Assembly (NCBI GenBank): GCA_902496185.1
Contig: CABUZX010000002.1
Span: 40,769 to 104,768, forward strand
Source: an uncultured Subdoligranulum sp.
GTDB taxonomy: Bacteria; Bacillota; Clostridia; Christensenellales; CAG-314
Direction: 5' to 3'
DNA: 64,000 nt
The notes under the pieces were generated by a model. The model ran no database searches and was not told where the DNA came from. It was given only the letters and a program-made list of their open reading frames with translations. The position numbers were made by a program, and so were the translations under genes. Below, one piece after another: positions 45,520-54,031 of this stretch (positions are counted from its first letter, which is position 1; every line of letters starts with the position of its first letter).

Positions 45520-48306
45520 ATGGCTTATCAACATTTTTATTCACGCGTACCTCATCGAATGAGTATGTTTAAAAGAACCGACGGTTATGATACTTTTGCT
45601 GTGTCAGAGGGCGTATCGCGTGAATATATCGACAAGGAGTTGTCTGCTGTTTGCGACTACAAGCCCACTAAGTACGAAAATATGTTGATTTTAGAAGACA
45701 AGCTACCTCCTGTGTATTGCAAATATTCATCTTCTAAGGGCGACGATATGATTTTGAGTTGTATAAGTTATATTCCCCGTGACTATACCAACGAAAGAAG
45801 TTCCTTTATGGTTCATTCGCTTATTTTGACGGGGGAGGAAAAGCAAAAAGCAATTTCGCGCATTGGGTACAAAATTTTAAATCCCAATATGTTTGAAACG
45901 AGTTTGTCGCGTTTCAACGTGACTTCGCAAAAGTCTGCTCCGATAGAAAACTATCCGGAGTTGGATTACCAATCAGAAAAAACCGGGGCCTTGAAAGTTT
46001 TGACGGAAAAATATACTCCGAGAGTACTAAAAAGATTTATTTATGCGTTGTTGGCTTCTGCCTGCGGAAAGGGCAAGCCCATTTACGTTACTTTGGGGGG
46101 CAACGCTACGGAGGTTTCGGAAAACGCCTTGGAGTTGATGAACCTTATTTTGCAAATTTTCCCCTTTAACGTAAGGGAGAATATTTCTTATATAACGTAC
46201 TTAAGTGATTATACAAAATTCAATACGTTTAAAGTAAAGTTTTTGCCACCCGATTGCATGGCAATACCTACGGGCAAGGGCTATACTTTTGACAATATGT
46301 CTCCAAGACTTGCCGATGGTATAAGAGACGAAGAATATCTTGCCAACGAAGTAATGGTGGAGTTTTTCTTTCATTTAATAGCCGACGCGCCTATGCGCAC
46401 AGCCTTTTTGAAATTTTGCGACAACGCGACGGAAAAAGATCCTTCACTTGCTGTACCTACGTTAAAAACGGTGTCGGCGTTGGTGTTTTTGTTTAGACAA
46501 AGTAGCAAATTGTTTTCCGAAAAGGAAGTTTTGCCTGACGACAACAAAGTTTACGAATTGTTTTGTATTTATGAAAAATACCGCGACGCACTTTTGCCCA
46601 GTGAAAGAAGCGCAGTCTTGTCGTGTTTGGGGCGTTATCCGAGATTGCACGTTGCAATACCTCAAAATATATTTACAAAGTTTTGCAAACTTTATCCACA
46701 CGAACCGCCCAAAGCGCAAAATACGGCAATGGAGATAATTTTGGAGTTGTTCCATACCGATCTTATGCGTGAAAAGTTGTTTGCCTTTATAAAGGCAAAT
46801 TACGCGTCGGAAAGTCCCAAAAACCGCGCCGTGATATGTCACGACCTATGCAGTGTTTTTTACGGTGGATTTTTGCAACCGCAAATTTTAGCGTTGTTTG
46901 CGCAATATTTTCCAACCGAGGAGGAGTCGACAAGAGACGCTATTGTCGATAAGTTGTTGTTGGTAATACGTACCGCATCAATAAGAGAAAAAACCATTGA
47001 ATTTTTCAAAAATTATTATTCTCAATTTACGCCTAATCAAAAACGCAAGTTTTTGGCTACCGTTTACGAAATGTTGCCATTTGGCGACCAGTTATCGGAT
47101 GAGCTTTTGCAACTTTTAGACAAAGTTATGCTCGACGAAAAGGAAGAAATCAAGACGGATGTTGCAGTCAAGATTAACGAAGCCGTTGCGTCAAATCAGC
47201 GCAAAAAAGAGCCCGCCTTGTTGGGTATGGTGCTTAATAGAGAAGGATTTTGCAAAAACGTAGTGGTTAGAAATATCGTGACGGAACAAAACACTCGCAA
47301 AATATTTGACGAATACCTTTCTTCGTTGGTACAAAAGGGCTTTTTGTCTTTGGCAAACGAATTGGTTAATTTGCGCAAAATAGTTCCGTATCAGGATAAA
47401 CATCTCGAAACCCGTATTTACGACAAATTGTCCGCCGTTGTTGCGGAAGTTGCTCCAAAAGCCACCCTTGCCGACGTAATAAACGCAGATACCGTCGTCA
47501 ATCAACAATTGGTAGGCAAATTCAACGACCAAGCCGACGAATTCGGCAAAAAAATTAGCAAAGAATTGTTGCTCCCGATTATTTCTAACCGATTGTATGA
47601 CGTATTTAACCCAAAGTTATTTAAGGACGGAGTTGCGTTTGTGACGGAATATGCTCAAAGTCACGCCTCTATACGTGAATGTGAAAGTTTTGCCGTTATA
47701 AATGCATTTAAAGACGTTATTTCGGCTGTTAATGCTGGCGATGCGGAAAAAGTTGCAAATTGCTATTGTGTGTTTCCGCAAAACAAAACGGCACGCGCGA
47801 ATATTGCATTGTCTTTAAAGAAAAAAATCTTTCCTCAGGAAGAAGAGTTGGTCTCCGACCAAAGCAAAGCAACGGCTTTTGCTACTATGACCTTGCTTAA
47901 CGGATATTTGTCAAAGGCAACACCGTCCGTGTCGGATACTTTTGCAGATATGTTGGCTATTTGTACGGGGGCGCTAAGCAAAAAGCAGGAATATATCGGC
48001 AAAAAGGAAAAAAATATTCTTCCCGACGCAACTGCTTTAGTGCTTAACGCCGTTCTTTCGGCAGTTGCCGTTGTGCGTAAATCTTCCTTGCCGGAAGAAT
48101 TAAAAAATGCTTTTATAAACGAGCAGGAGGACGTAATAGGTCTTAAAGAAATGCTTTCGTCCGCCAATGCTAAACTTGCCAACGGCTTAAACCGCGCGCT
48201 TAAATCTATTTTGGCAGAACTCTCTCAGTCTGACTCAATTTGGATGGCAAGAGTCAAAGCAAGTATACCCAAAACGTCCTTGTTTTCCTTTTTTAAAAAG
48301 AAATAA
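45520..48306 (+). CDS. large (928 aa) hypothetical protein, predominantly helical, no signal peptide
   Basis: AAAAGGAGAAA RBS, 77 nt after pilB on the same strand. No TM segment or catalytic motif recognised. Confidence 0.7.
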   Translation: MAYQHFYSRVPHRMSMFKRTDGYDTFAVSEGVSREYIDKELSAVCDYKPTKYENMLILEDKLPPVYCKYSSSKGDDMILSCISYIPRDYTNERSSFMVHSLILTGEEKQKAISRIGYKILNPNMFETSLSRFNVTSQKSAPIENYPELDYQSEKTGALKVLTEKYTPRVLKRFIYALLASACGKGKPIYVTLGGNATEVSENALELMNLILQIFPFNVRENISYITYLSDYTKFNTFKVKFLPPDCMAIPTGKGYTFDNMSPRLADGIRDEEYLANEVMVEFFFHLIADAPMRTAFLKFCDNATEKDPSLAVPTLKTVSALVFLFRQSSKLFSEKEVLPDDNKVYELFCIYEKYRDALLPSERSAVLSCLGRYPRLHVAIPQNIFTKFCKLYPHEPPKAQNTAMEIILELFHTDLMREKLFAFIKANYASESPKNRAVICHDLCSVFYGGFLQPQILALFAQYFPTEEESTRDAIVDKLLLVIRTASIREKTIEFFKNYYSQFTPNQKRKFLATVYEMLPFGDQLSDELLQLLDKVMLDEKEEIKTDVAVKINEAVASNQRKKEPALLGMVLNREGFCKNVVVRNIVTEQNTRKIFDEYLSSLVQKGFLSLANELVNLRKIVPYQDKHLETRIYDKLSAVVAEVAPKATLADVINADTVVNQQLVGKFNDQADEFGKKISKELLLPIISNRLYDVFNPKLFKDGVAFVTEYAQSHASIRECESFAVINAFKDVISAVNAGDAEKVANCYCVFPQNKTARANIALSLKKKIFPQEEELVSDQSKATAFATMTLLNGYLSKATPSVSDTFADMLAICTGALSKKQEYIGKKEKNILPDATALVLNAVLSAVAVVRKSSLPEELKNAFINEQEDVIGLKEMLSSANAKLANGLNRALKSILAELSQSDSIWMARVKASIPKTSLFSFFKKK

Positions 48307-48327
48307 TTAAATACAAAAATGCAAAAA

Positions 48328-48350
48328 TAGCAAACCGATTTGGTTTGCTA
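48328..48350. terminator. hairpin terminator TAGCAAACCgatttGGTTTGCTA flanked by A- and T-runs
   Basis: Perfect 9-bp stem and bidirectional layout. A twin copy lies at 51098-51120. Confidence 0.6.
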
Positions 48351-48368
48351 TTTTTGCATATAAAAGTA

Positions 48369-48636
48369 GAGATTCTTCGATAGTCCGTCAAGTGGGCAAC
48401 TCTCAGAATGACAATTAGTTACCGTCATCCTGAACGAAGTGAAGGATCTCAACCACGTACCGTCATACTGAGCGTAAGCGAAGTATCTCAAATTAATTGT
48501 TCGAGATTCTTCGATTGCCCGTCTTTGTACGCCCAACTCAGAATGACAGTGTCATACTGAGCGCAAGCGAAGTATCTCAAATTAATTGTTCAAGATTCTT
48601 CGTAAGCTCGTCTTTGTACGTCCATCTCAGAATGAC
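48369..48636. repeat. hairpin-repeat cluster D (6 units)
   Basis: Units start at 48369, 48424, 48462, 48503, 48551 and 48592. A composite block of about 52 nt (48462-48513) is repeated at 48551-48602. Confidence 0.85.
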
Positions 48637-48803
48637 AGGTGGTTTATCCATACAACAGACAAAAAAAGCTTTTTGTGTGAATATTGGGTGTTCAAGATGA
48701 AAAGTTGATAAAACATGCCTTTGGGTGTGTTTTTTTTCCGTTTTGAAAACCCATATAGGTAGAAAGGTAAAAATTAGCAAAAAAAACAGTAGTGTTATTA
48801 AGG

Positions 48804-48886
48804 GAGATTCTTCGTAAGCTCGTCTTTGTACGCCCAACTCAGAATGACAACAAGTAATGTCATACTGAGCGCAAGCGAAGTATATC
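48804..48886. repeat. hairpin-repeat cluster E (1 long + 1 short unit)
   Basis: Units at 48804-48848 and 48859-48886. Confidence 0.85.
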
Positions 48887-48949
48887 AATAAAAAAATAGT
48901 AACTCAAAAACACAAACTAAAGTAATTAATTTAGAAGGAGGAAAATTTT

Positions 48950-50890
48950 ATGAAAAGAAGAATACTTTGTTTAGCAATATTGCTACTTGGAATATTGAGT
49001 TGTGTGGTGTTTGTGGGTTGCAAATCTCCAGAAGTATTGTCATCTCCTCAAAATCTTAAATTTGAAGCAAGATTACTTAGTTGGGATAAGGTAGAAGGAG
49101 CAATAGGCTACACGGTTTTTGTAAACGAGCAAGAGTATGAAACAGCTGATACCTCCTTTGCTGTGGTAGATATTACTGCAGGCAACTATACCCTTGGTGT
49201 AATGGCTATAGGTGACGGAGACAAATATACAAACTCTAAAGTAGAAAGTATCCCCTACGAATTACTCCCCGCTCCGCAACACGGGGTAGATGAAATCGGT
49301 TTTTATTACAAACTGTTGGAGGACGGCACAGGATGGGAGTTATACAGAGGGACATCTTCCGCACTAAACCAACCGCACCTTGTGGGGGATATAAAGTTGC
49401 CTACGGTTGTTGGAGATTACCCCGTCAAAAGAATTGCAGAGAAGGCTTTTTTTGAACCTAGTATGGACTTCAATCCAATAAGAGGTATTTGTTGTAATAC
49501 CGTCACTACAGGCATTGAATTTCCCAAGTATTTGGAATCTATAGGACAGAACGCTTTCTATGGGTGCATAAGTTTAAGAGAAGTTTCTATCTCGTCTGCT
49601 GTAGTTATAGGTCCTAGTGCGTTTTATTTGTGCAAATCTCTAAAAAAAGTAACTTTGCCCAACAATCTTAAAGAGATAGATAGTATGGCTTTTTATAACA
49701 CTGCGTTGGATAGTATAGAACTACCTCAAACGTTGGAGGTAATTGGTCAAGAAGCTTTTACCATAGAGGATAGAGAATTTAGCTATACGGAGATTAGCGG
49801 CGAGCTTTTTAATGGAGGTACGATTGAGAGCATAATCGAAACTTTGCACGTAGAGTCACAATTGTCGTCGTTAGTGATACCTGCAAGCGTCAAGAGTATA
49901 GGCGCACAGGCTTTTAGCGGTAGAAAAAATTTGCGGGACGTAACCATACTTTCTACAAATTTAGAGTTTTTTAATAACAACGTATTTACCGATACTGCAT
50001 GGGAGCAAGCTCAACCCGACGGATTGATTTATTTAAGAGAAGATATTTTGTACGGCTACAAGGGAGAAATGCCTGCAGATACTACTCTCACTATAGCAAG
50101 CGGAGTAAAGTATATTGCAGGCGGTGCGTTTAGCAAATGTAGTAATCTCAAAAAGATAGTTTTGCCCGACGGAGTAAAGCTTGTGGGAGAATATACTTTT
50201 AGCAGTTGCACTGCGTTGGAAGAAGTAGTCTTGCCCAAAGATTTGCCAAACGTGTCGGAAAGTACTTTTATTAACTGCACAAGCTTAAAGGACATTTCTT
50301 TCTTTTGGGAGGTATTTGAGGGAGATTATTTGGGTATGAGGTTTGCCTACTGTACCGCTATAGAAGAAGTCACAATCCCCACAGGAATAAAGACTTTAAA
50401 TCATACTTTTTCGAACTGTACTGGGCTTAAAAAAGTGACTTTGCCCGAAGGAATAGAAACGTTAGATCATGCTTTTAGCGGATGTACTTCATTAAAGGAA
50501 ATAACCTTGCCAAGTACGCTAAAGGTTATTAATGATGAAACTTTTACTTCTACTGGATTAGTCAACATAATACTGCCAAAGTCGTTGGAAAAAATAGGCA
50601 ATTCACCTTTTAGACTATGCAAAGACTTAAAGTCAATATACTACGAAGGTACTTTTGACGAATTTAAAGGGATATGTTTTAATTATGATAGGTTTTTGCA
50701 AACGCAACCTGTAGGTAGCACTGTGTACTATTATTCTGAAAGTGAGCCGACTACTGTTGGCAACTATTGGCATTACGTAGACGGGCAAGCGGTAGCTTGG
50801 CAGACCACAACGGAAACAACGGCGTTGCAACAAGAAGCAACTCAATACACCTTTGTTAAAATCCCCGCTGTTGTTAAGGAAGAAAATTAA
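48950..50890 (+). CDS. surface lipoprotein with Fn3-like domain and BspA-type leucine-rich repeats
   Basis: Lipobox LSCVVFVGC. SPQNLKF..LSWDKVEGAIGYTVFV is Fn3-like. Many repeats of the form F..C..L..I.LP..L..IG..AF..C. Confidence 0.8.
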   Translation: MKRRILCLAILLLGILSCVVFVGCKSPEVLSSPQNLKFEARLLSWDKVEGAIGYTVFVNEQEYETADTSFAVVDITAGNYTLGVMAIGDGDKYTNSKVESIPYELLPAPQHGVDEIGFYYKLLEDGTGWELYRGTSSALNQPHLVGDIKLPTVVGDYPVKRIAEKAFFEPSMDFNPIRGICCNTVTTGIEFPKYLESIGQNAFYGCISLREVSISSAVVIGPSAFYLCKSLKKVTLPNNLKEIDSMAFYNTALDSIELPQTLEVIGQEAFTIEDREFSYTEISGELFNGGTIESIIETLHVESQLSSLVIPASVKSIGAQAFSGRKNLRDVTILSTNLEFFNNNVFTDTAWEQAQPDGLIYLREDILYGYKGEMPADTTLTIASGVKYIAGGAFSKCSNLKKIVLPDGVKLVGEYTFSSCTALEEVVLPKDLPNVSESTFINCTSLKDISFFWEVFEGDYLGMRFAYCTAIEEVTIPTGIKTLNHTFSNCTGLKKVTLPEGIETLDHAFSGCTSLKEITLPSTLKVINDETFTSTGLVNIILPKSLEKIGNSPFRLCKDLKSIYYEGTFDEFKGICFNYDRFLQTQPVGSTVYYYSESEPTTVGNYWHYVDGQAVAWQTTTETTALQQEATQYTFVKIPAVVKEEN

Positions 50891-51097
50891 ACAACAAGGA
50901 GCTTGTTTATGAAAAAAAATAACAAAAAATATTATATATAATTTCTTCTTACTACACGATAGTAAAATATATTACCTTGCAAACCGAAATATTTAAATCT
51001 TTTGAATACGGTACTACGTTGTATGCAAAGTGGACGCCTGCAAAATAAAAAATTTTGAGTACTATTCAATTTAATTATTATCTAATCGTACCAAAAA

Positions 51098-51120
51098 GAG
51101 CAAACCGATTTGGTTTGCTC
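51098..51120. terminator. hairpin terminator GAGCAAACCgatttGGTTTGCTC (twin of 48328-48350)
   Basis: Same hairpin, with a compensatory T-A to G-C change at the stem base. Lies between convergent genes. Confidence 0.6.
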
Positions 51121-51143
51121 TTTTTGTGCATAGTTTATTTAAA

Positions 51144-52055
51144 TTAAGGCGAAGTATAATGTTTTAGTAAATTATTTAGAAGTTTTACGAGAGAGGTGGA
51201 GAGTTTTGCGGGTTTTAGTACCTTTATTTTGTCTCCAAAGGTAAGTAATTTTGTCAATAAATATTGGTCGTAGGGTACTTTTGCAAAAGCAAGGTAGCCT
51301 GCGCCTTTTTTTATTACGCTTTCTTCGCCAAGCCAATCTTGAACGTCCACCAATGCGTCGTTGTTGAAACTAATGGTCATTTCAATATGTTCTTTTTTTT
51401 CAATAAACTTGTCTATTACTGTTGAGTCAAGGACGTAGGGGCGAGGTTGAAAGTGTTGAAGCAAAGGCGTTATGCCTGAAATTCGGTTGATTTTAAAAAA
51501 TCTAAAATCTTTACGTGTGTTGCAATAGGCGTAAATATACCAAAAACCCTCCTTAAAAATAAAGGTAAGGGGTTCTATTTTTCGGTTGGTAGACTCGCCA
51601 AACTTGTCAACGTAAGAAATTTGCGTCAAAACGTTTTCCTTAATTGATTGTTGAAGTATATTGAATTTGTTTTTAAACGCAGGCGAAAACTCCGTATCTA
51701 TAACAACCTTGTCGCTTTCGGTAAGGCGCGCGGATTGAGTGTTTTGCAATCCTTTCAATTTGTCAGTTATAGAGGAAACAATCTTGTCGGGCGGTAGGGC
51801 GTCAAGCGCGCTCAAAATTCTTTCGTACTCTTCTTTTGTCAAAAAAGACGCTGTAATTTTGTATTTGTCTATTATTCCGTAGCCACCGTTACGTCCGCGA
51901 TAGGTTACTATAGGTACTCCGCTTTCGTTGATTGCGTCGATATAACGCATAACCGTACGGGTGCTGATTTCATATTTGTTTGCTAATTCTTCCGACGTGA
52001 CTTTGGGTTTTGCAAGTAATGTCGACAATATGCCTACCAAAATACTGTTTTGCAT
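51144..52055 (-). CDS. YafY-type transcriptional regulator (HTH + WYL domain)
   Basis: N-terminal HTH (TSEELANKYEISTRTVMRYIDAI). The central WYL-like block has FWYIYAYC..R.DFRFFKINRI. 303 aa. Confidence 0.75.
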   Translation of the reverse strand: MQNSILVGILSTLLAKPKVTSEELANKYEISTRTVMRYIDAINESGVPIVTYRGRNGGYGIIDKYKITASFLTKEEYERILSALDALPPDKIVSSITDKLKGLQNTQSARLTESDKVVIDTEFSPAFKNKFNILQQSIKENVLTQISYVDKFGESTNRKIEPLTFIFKEGFWYIYAYCNTRKDFRFFKINRISGITPLLQHFQPRPYVLDSTVIDKFIEKKEHIEMTISFNNDALVDVQDWLGEESVIKKGAGYLAFAKVPYDQYLLTKLLTFGDKIKVLKPAKLSTSLVKLLNNLLKHYTSP

Positions 52056-52210
52056 AAACCGTTTCTCCCTGATTAGATTTTTTTAATTTGGCAATACTTG
52101 AGGTAAATTTTTTTAAAAATTTTAAAATACTGCCTACTGATTTTATAATATATGACAGACAGTTGTCAAGTATTGTGTAATATAATTTGTGCGTAAAAAG
52201 GAGACGGACT

Positions 52211-52402
52211 ATGAAAAAACAAAAATACGATATCAACAAAATTTACCAAAAACTCACCAGCAACTCTATTCCGCAGAGCTACGTTGACTTTATCGTGAGT
52301 CGTTGCGTTACAACTTGTCAGTCAACCGTTGAATCCAAAAAGGATATGGCAATTACGGCAAGTTATTCGCAAAGGCGCTGTGGATATTTTGGAAAAAAAT
52401 AA
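52211..52402 (+). CDS. small hypothetical protein (63 aa)
   Basis: ATG behind AAAGGAGA. Divergent from the WYL regulator. No motif. Confidence 0.4.
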   Translation: MKKQKYDINKIYQKLTSNSIPQSYVDFIVSRCVTTCQSTVESKKDMAITASYSQRRCGYFGKK

Positions 52403-52408
52403 ATTTTT

Positions 52409-53458
52409 TTAATCGTTAGATTTTTGTTTTTGACGTGACGCCTTGGCAAGTATATCTAAGGTTTTTTGCGTTCCGTCAATCTCAAGCAAGCGTTGCGATT
52501 GTTTAAAAAGCGGGACTTTTGGATAAAGGTTGTTGATTTTCGTCGCCAATTGTGTGGCGGAAATATCGCTATTGACAACCGCGCCACATCCGCGCTTTGC
52601 AAAGTATTGAGCGTTTGACGATTGTTCTCCTCTTGAGGAGGACGTTAGGGGAATCACGATAAACGGAAGAAGGAGTACGCACAATTCGCAAAGAGTATTT
52701 GCGCCCCCTCGGGTGACACAAAAGGCGCAGGCTTTTGCAACGTCAAAAATATCGTTGCAAAACTCCGCGCAATGTAGTCCGTCCTTTTGATGAAAGGATT
52801 TGCCTTTGCCTGAGACGACAAATATATCAAATTTTCGTTTTAGGTGAGGGTAAACGCCTTGAGCCAATGTGTTTAAATCGTTTGCGCCTTGACTACCACC
52901 CAAAAAAAGTAAAATAGGCTTTTTTCCGTCAAACCCCATAGTCTTGAGACCTCTTTTTGCGTCTGCAGAATAAATTTCCTGACGCAAAGGACAGCCCACG
53001 CGTTGGGCTTTTTTTACGCCTTGCAACTCAAAGGTGGACAAAAAGCTGAAGCTACTTTTTGCGCACAATTTGTTGGCAAGCCCTACGGTAGTGTCGCTTT
53101 CGTGCAGAACTACGGGTATTGACAGTTGCTTTGATGCTAATGCAACGGGTAGACTAACGTATCCGCCTTTGCAAAATACGACGTCGGGGTTTATTTTTTT
53201 GAGCTCCTTTTTGCAAAATGAAACGCTACTCAATACTTTTAATGGCAACGCAAGGTTGCTTAAAGAAAGTTTTCGCTTGAATTTTGACGCTTTTATTTTG
53301 ACAAAAGTGACGTTTTGGGTGTGTTGAGGGATTAGTTTTTGCTCCATACCGTTGCTTCCAAAGTAAAAAACTTCGTCATTTTTGTCAAGACTGTTGATAA
53401 GGGCAACGTTTGGCATAATATGACCGGCTGTGCCACCGCCTGCAAATACGATTTTCAT
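52409..53458 (-). CDS. murG: undecaprenyldiphospho-muramoylpentapeptide beta-N-acetylglucosaminyltransferase
   Basis: MKIVFAGGGTAGHIMP N-terminus, GGSQGA, and RGGANTLCE in the C-terminal domain. Confidence 0.9.
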   Translation of the reverse strand: MKIVFAGGGTAGHIMPNVALINSLDKNDEVFYFGSNGMEQKLIPQHTQNVTFVKIKASKFKRKLSLSNLALPLKVLSSVSFCKKELKKINPDVVFCKGGYVSLPVALASKQLSIPVVLHESDTTVGLANKLCAKSSFSFLSTFELQGVKKAQRVGCPLRQEIYSADAKRGLKTMGFDGKKPILLFLGGSQGANDLNTLAQGVYPHLKRKFDIFVVSGKGKSFHQKDGLHCAEFCNDIFDVAKACAFCVTRGGANTLCELCVLLLPFIVIPLTSSSRGEQSSNAQYFAKRGCGAVVNSDISATQLATKINNLYPKVPLFKQSQRLLEIDGTQKTLDILAKASRQKQKSND

Positions 53459-53608
53459 AACTTTAGTATATGCTTTTTTGAGGAATTTTTTTACATTTTG
53501 CTAAAAATCCGTTAGGTGGCCGTTTGGATAAAAAAAATTAAAAAAATATTAAAAAAAACTTGCTTTATTAGGGGGAATTTAGTATAATCGTAAGGCAATT
53601 TAATATTT

Positions 53609-53684
53609 GGGCAATTAACTCAGTTGGGAGAGTGTCTTCTTGACGTGGAGAAAGTCAGGGGTTCGAGTCCCTTATTGCCCACCA
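53609..53684 (+). tRNA. tRNA-Val (anticodon GAC), CCA encoded
   Basis: GGGCAATTAACTCAGTTGGGAGAGTGTCTTCTTGACGTGGAGAAAGTCAGGGGTTCGAGTCCCTTATTGCCCACCA folds as a cloverleaf with anticodon loop TTGACGT. Confidence 0.9.
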
Positions 53685-53687
53685 AAA

Positions 53688-53725
53688 AAAGACTGTAATT
53701 TTGATACAAAATTGCAGTCTTTTTC
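53688..53725 (+). terminator. intrinsic terminator after tRNA-Val
   Basis: AGACTGTAATTTTgatacAAAATTGCAGTCT followed by TTTTT. Confidence 0.7.
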
Positions 53726-53729
53726 AATT

Positions 53730-53860
53730 AAATCCGACCACGTCGGAATAAATCCACCAGAGGTGGATGAAATCTTGCTTTGCAAGGTTAGGGAGAGGCG
53801 GATTTGATTTCATCTAAAGCCATAGGCGGAAGATTTCATCCTGCAAAGCAGGATTTCATT
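53730..53860. repeat. cluster of short hairpins interleaved with GATTTCAT/ATGAAATC words
   Basis: Hairpins CCGACcacGTCGG, TCCACCagaGGTGGA, CTTGCtttGCAAG and CCTGCaaaGCAGG. The word AGATTTCATCC plus TGCAAAGCA recurs on both strands. Confidence 0.5.
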
Positions 53861-54031
53861 AATAATAAAACTATATTCCGAGGTTGTTTGCGCCTTTGGT
53901 GGATAGGCTCTTTTGCATTCGTTAAAATTGTGGAGTTCTATTAAATTTTGACCTATACTGATGAAATGCATTGAAAATACTTTGATTTTATGATATAATT
54001 ATCTAAATAAATATAAAGAGAGGATTTCACG

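Noticed and set aside
35007-48886. Could the repeat clusters be CRISPR arrays?
   Set aside because: The units occur in both orientations within a cluster and come in two lengths. Spacing is irregular (3-13 nt), and the 'spacers' themselves repeat (e.g. AAATTAATTGTTC twice). No cas genes or leader are present.
50923-51048. Short open frame ending ...FEYGTTLYAKWTPAK, reminiscent of the C-terminal strand of Listeria-Bacteroides (Flg_new) repeats
   Set aside because: It spans only about 40 codons with no credible start or RBS. The similarity rests on a motif of about 8 residues. It is possibly a relic of a longer surface-protein gene but is too weak to annotate.
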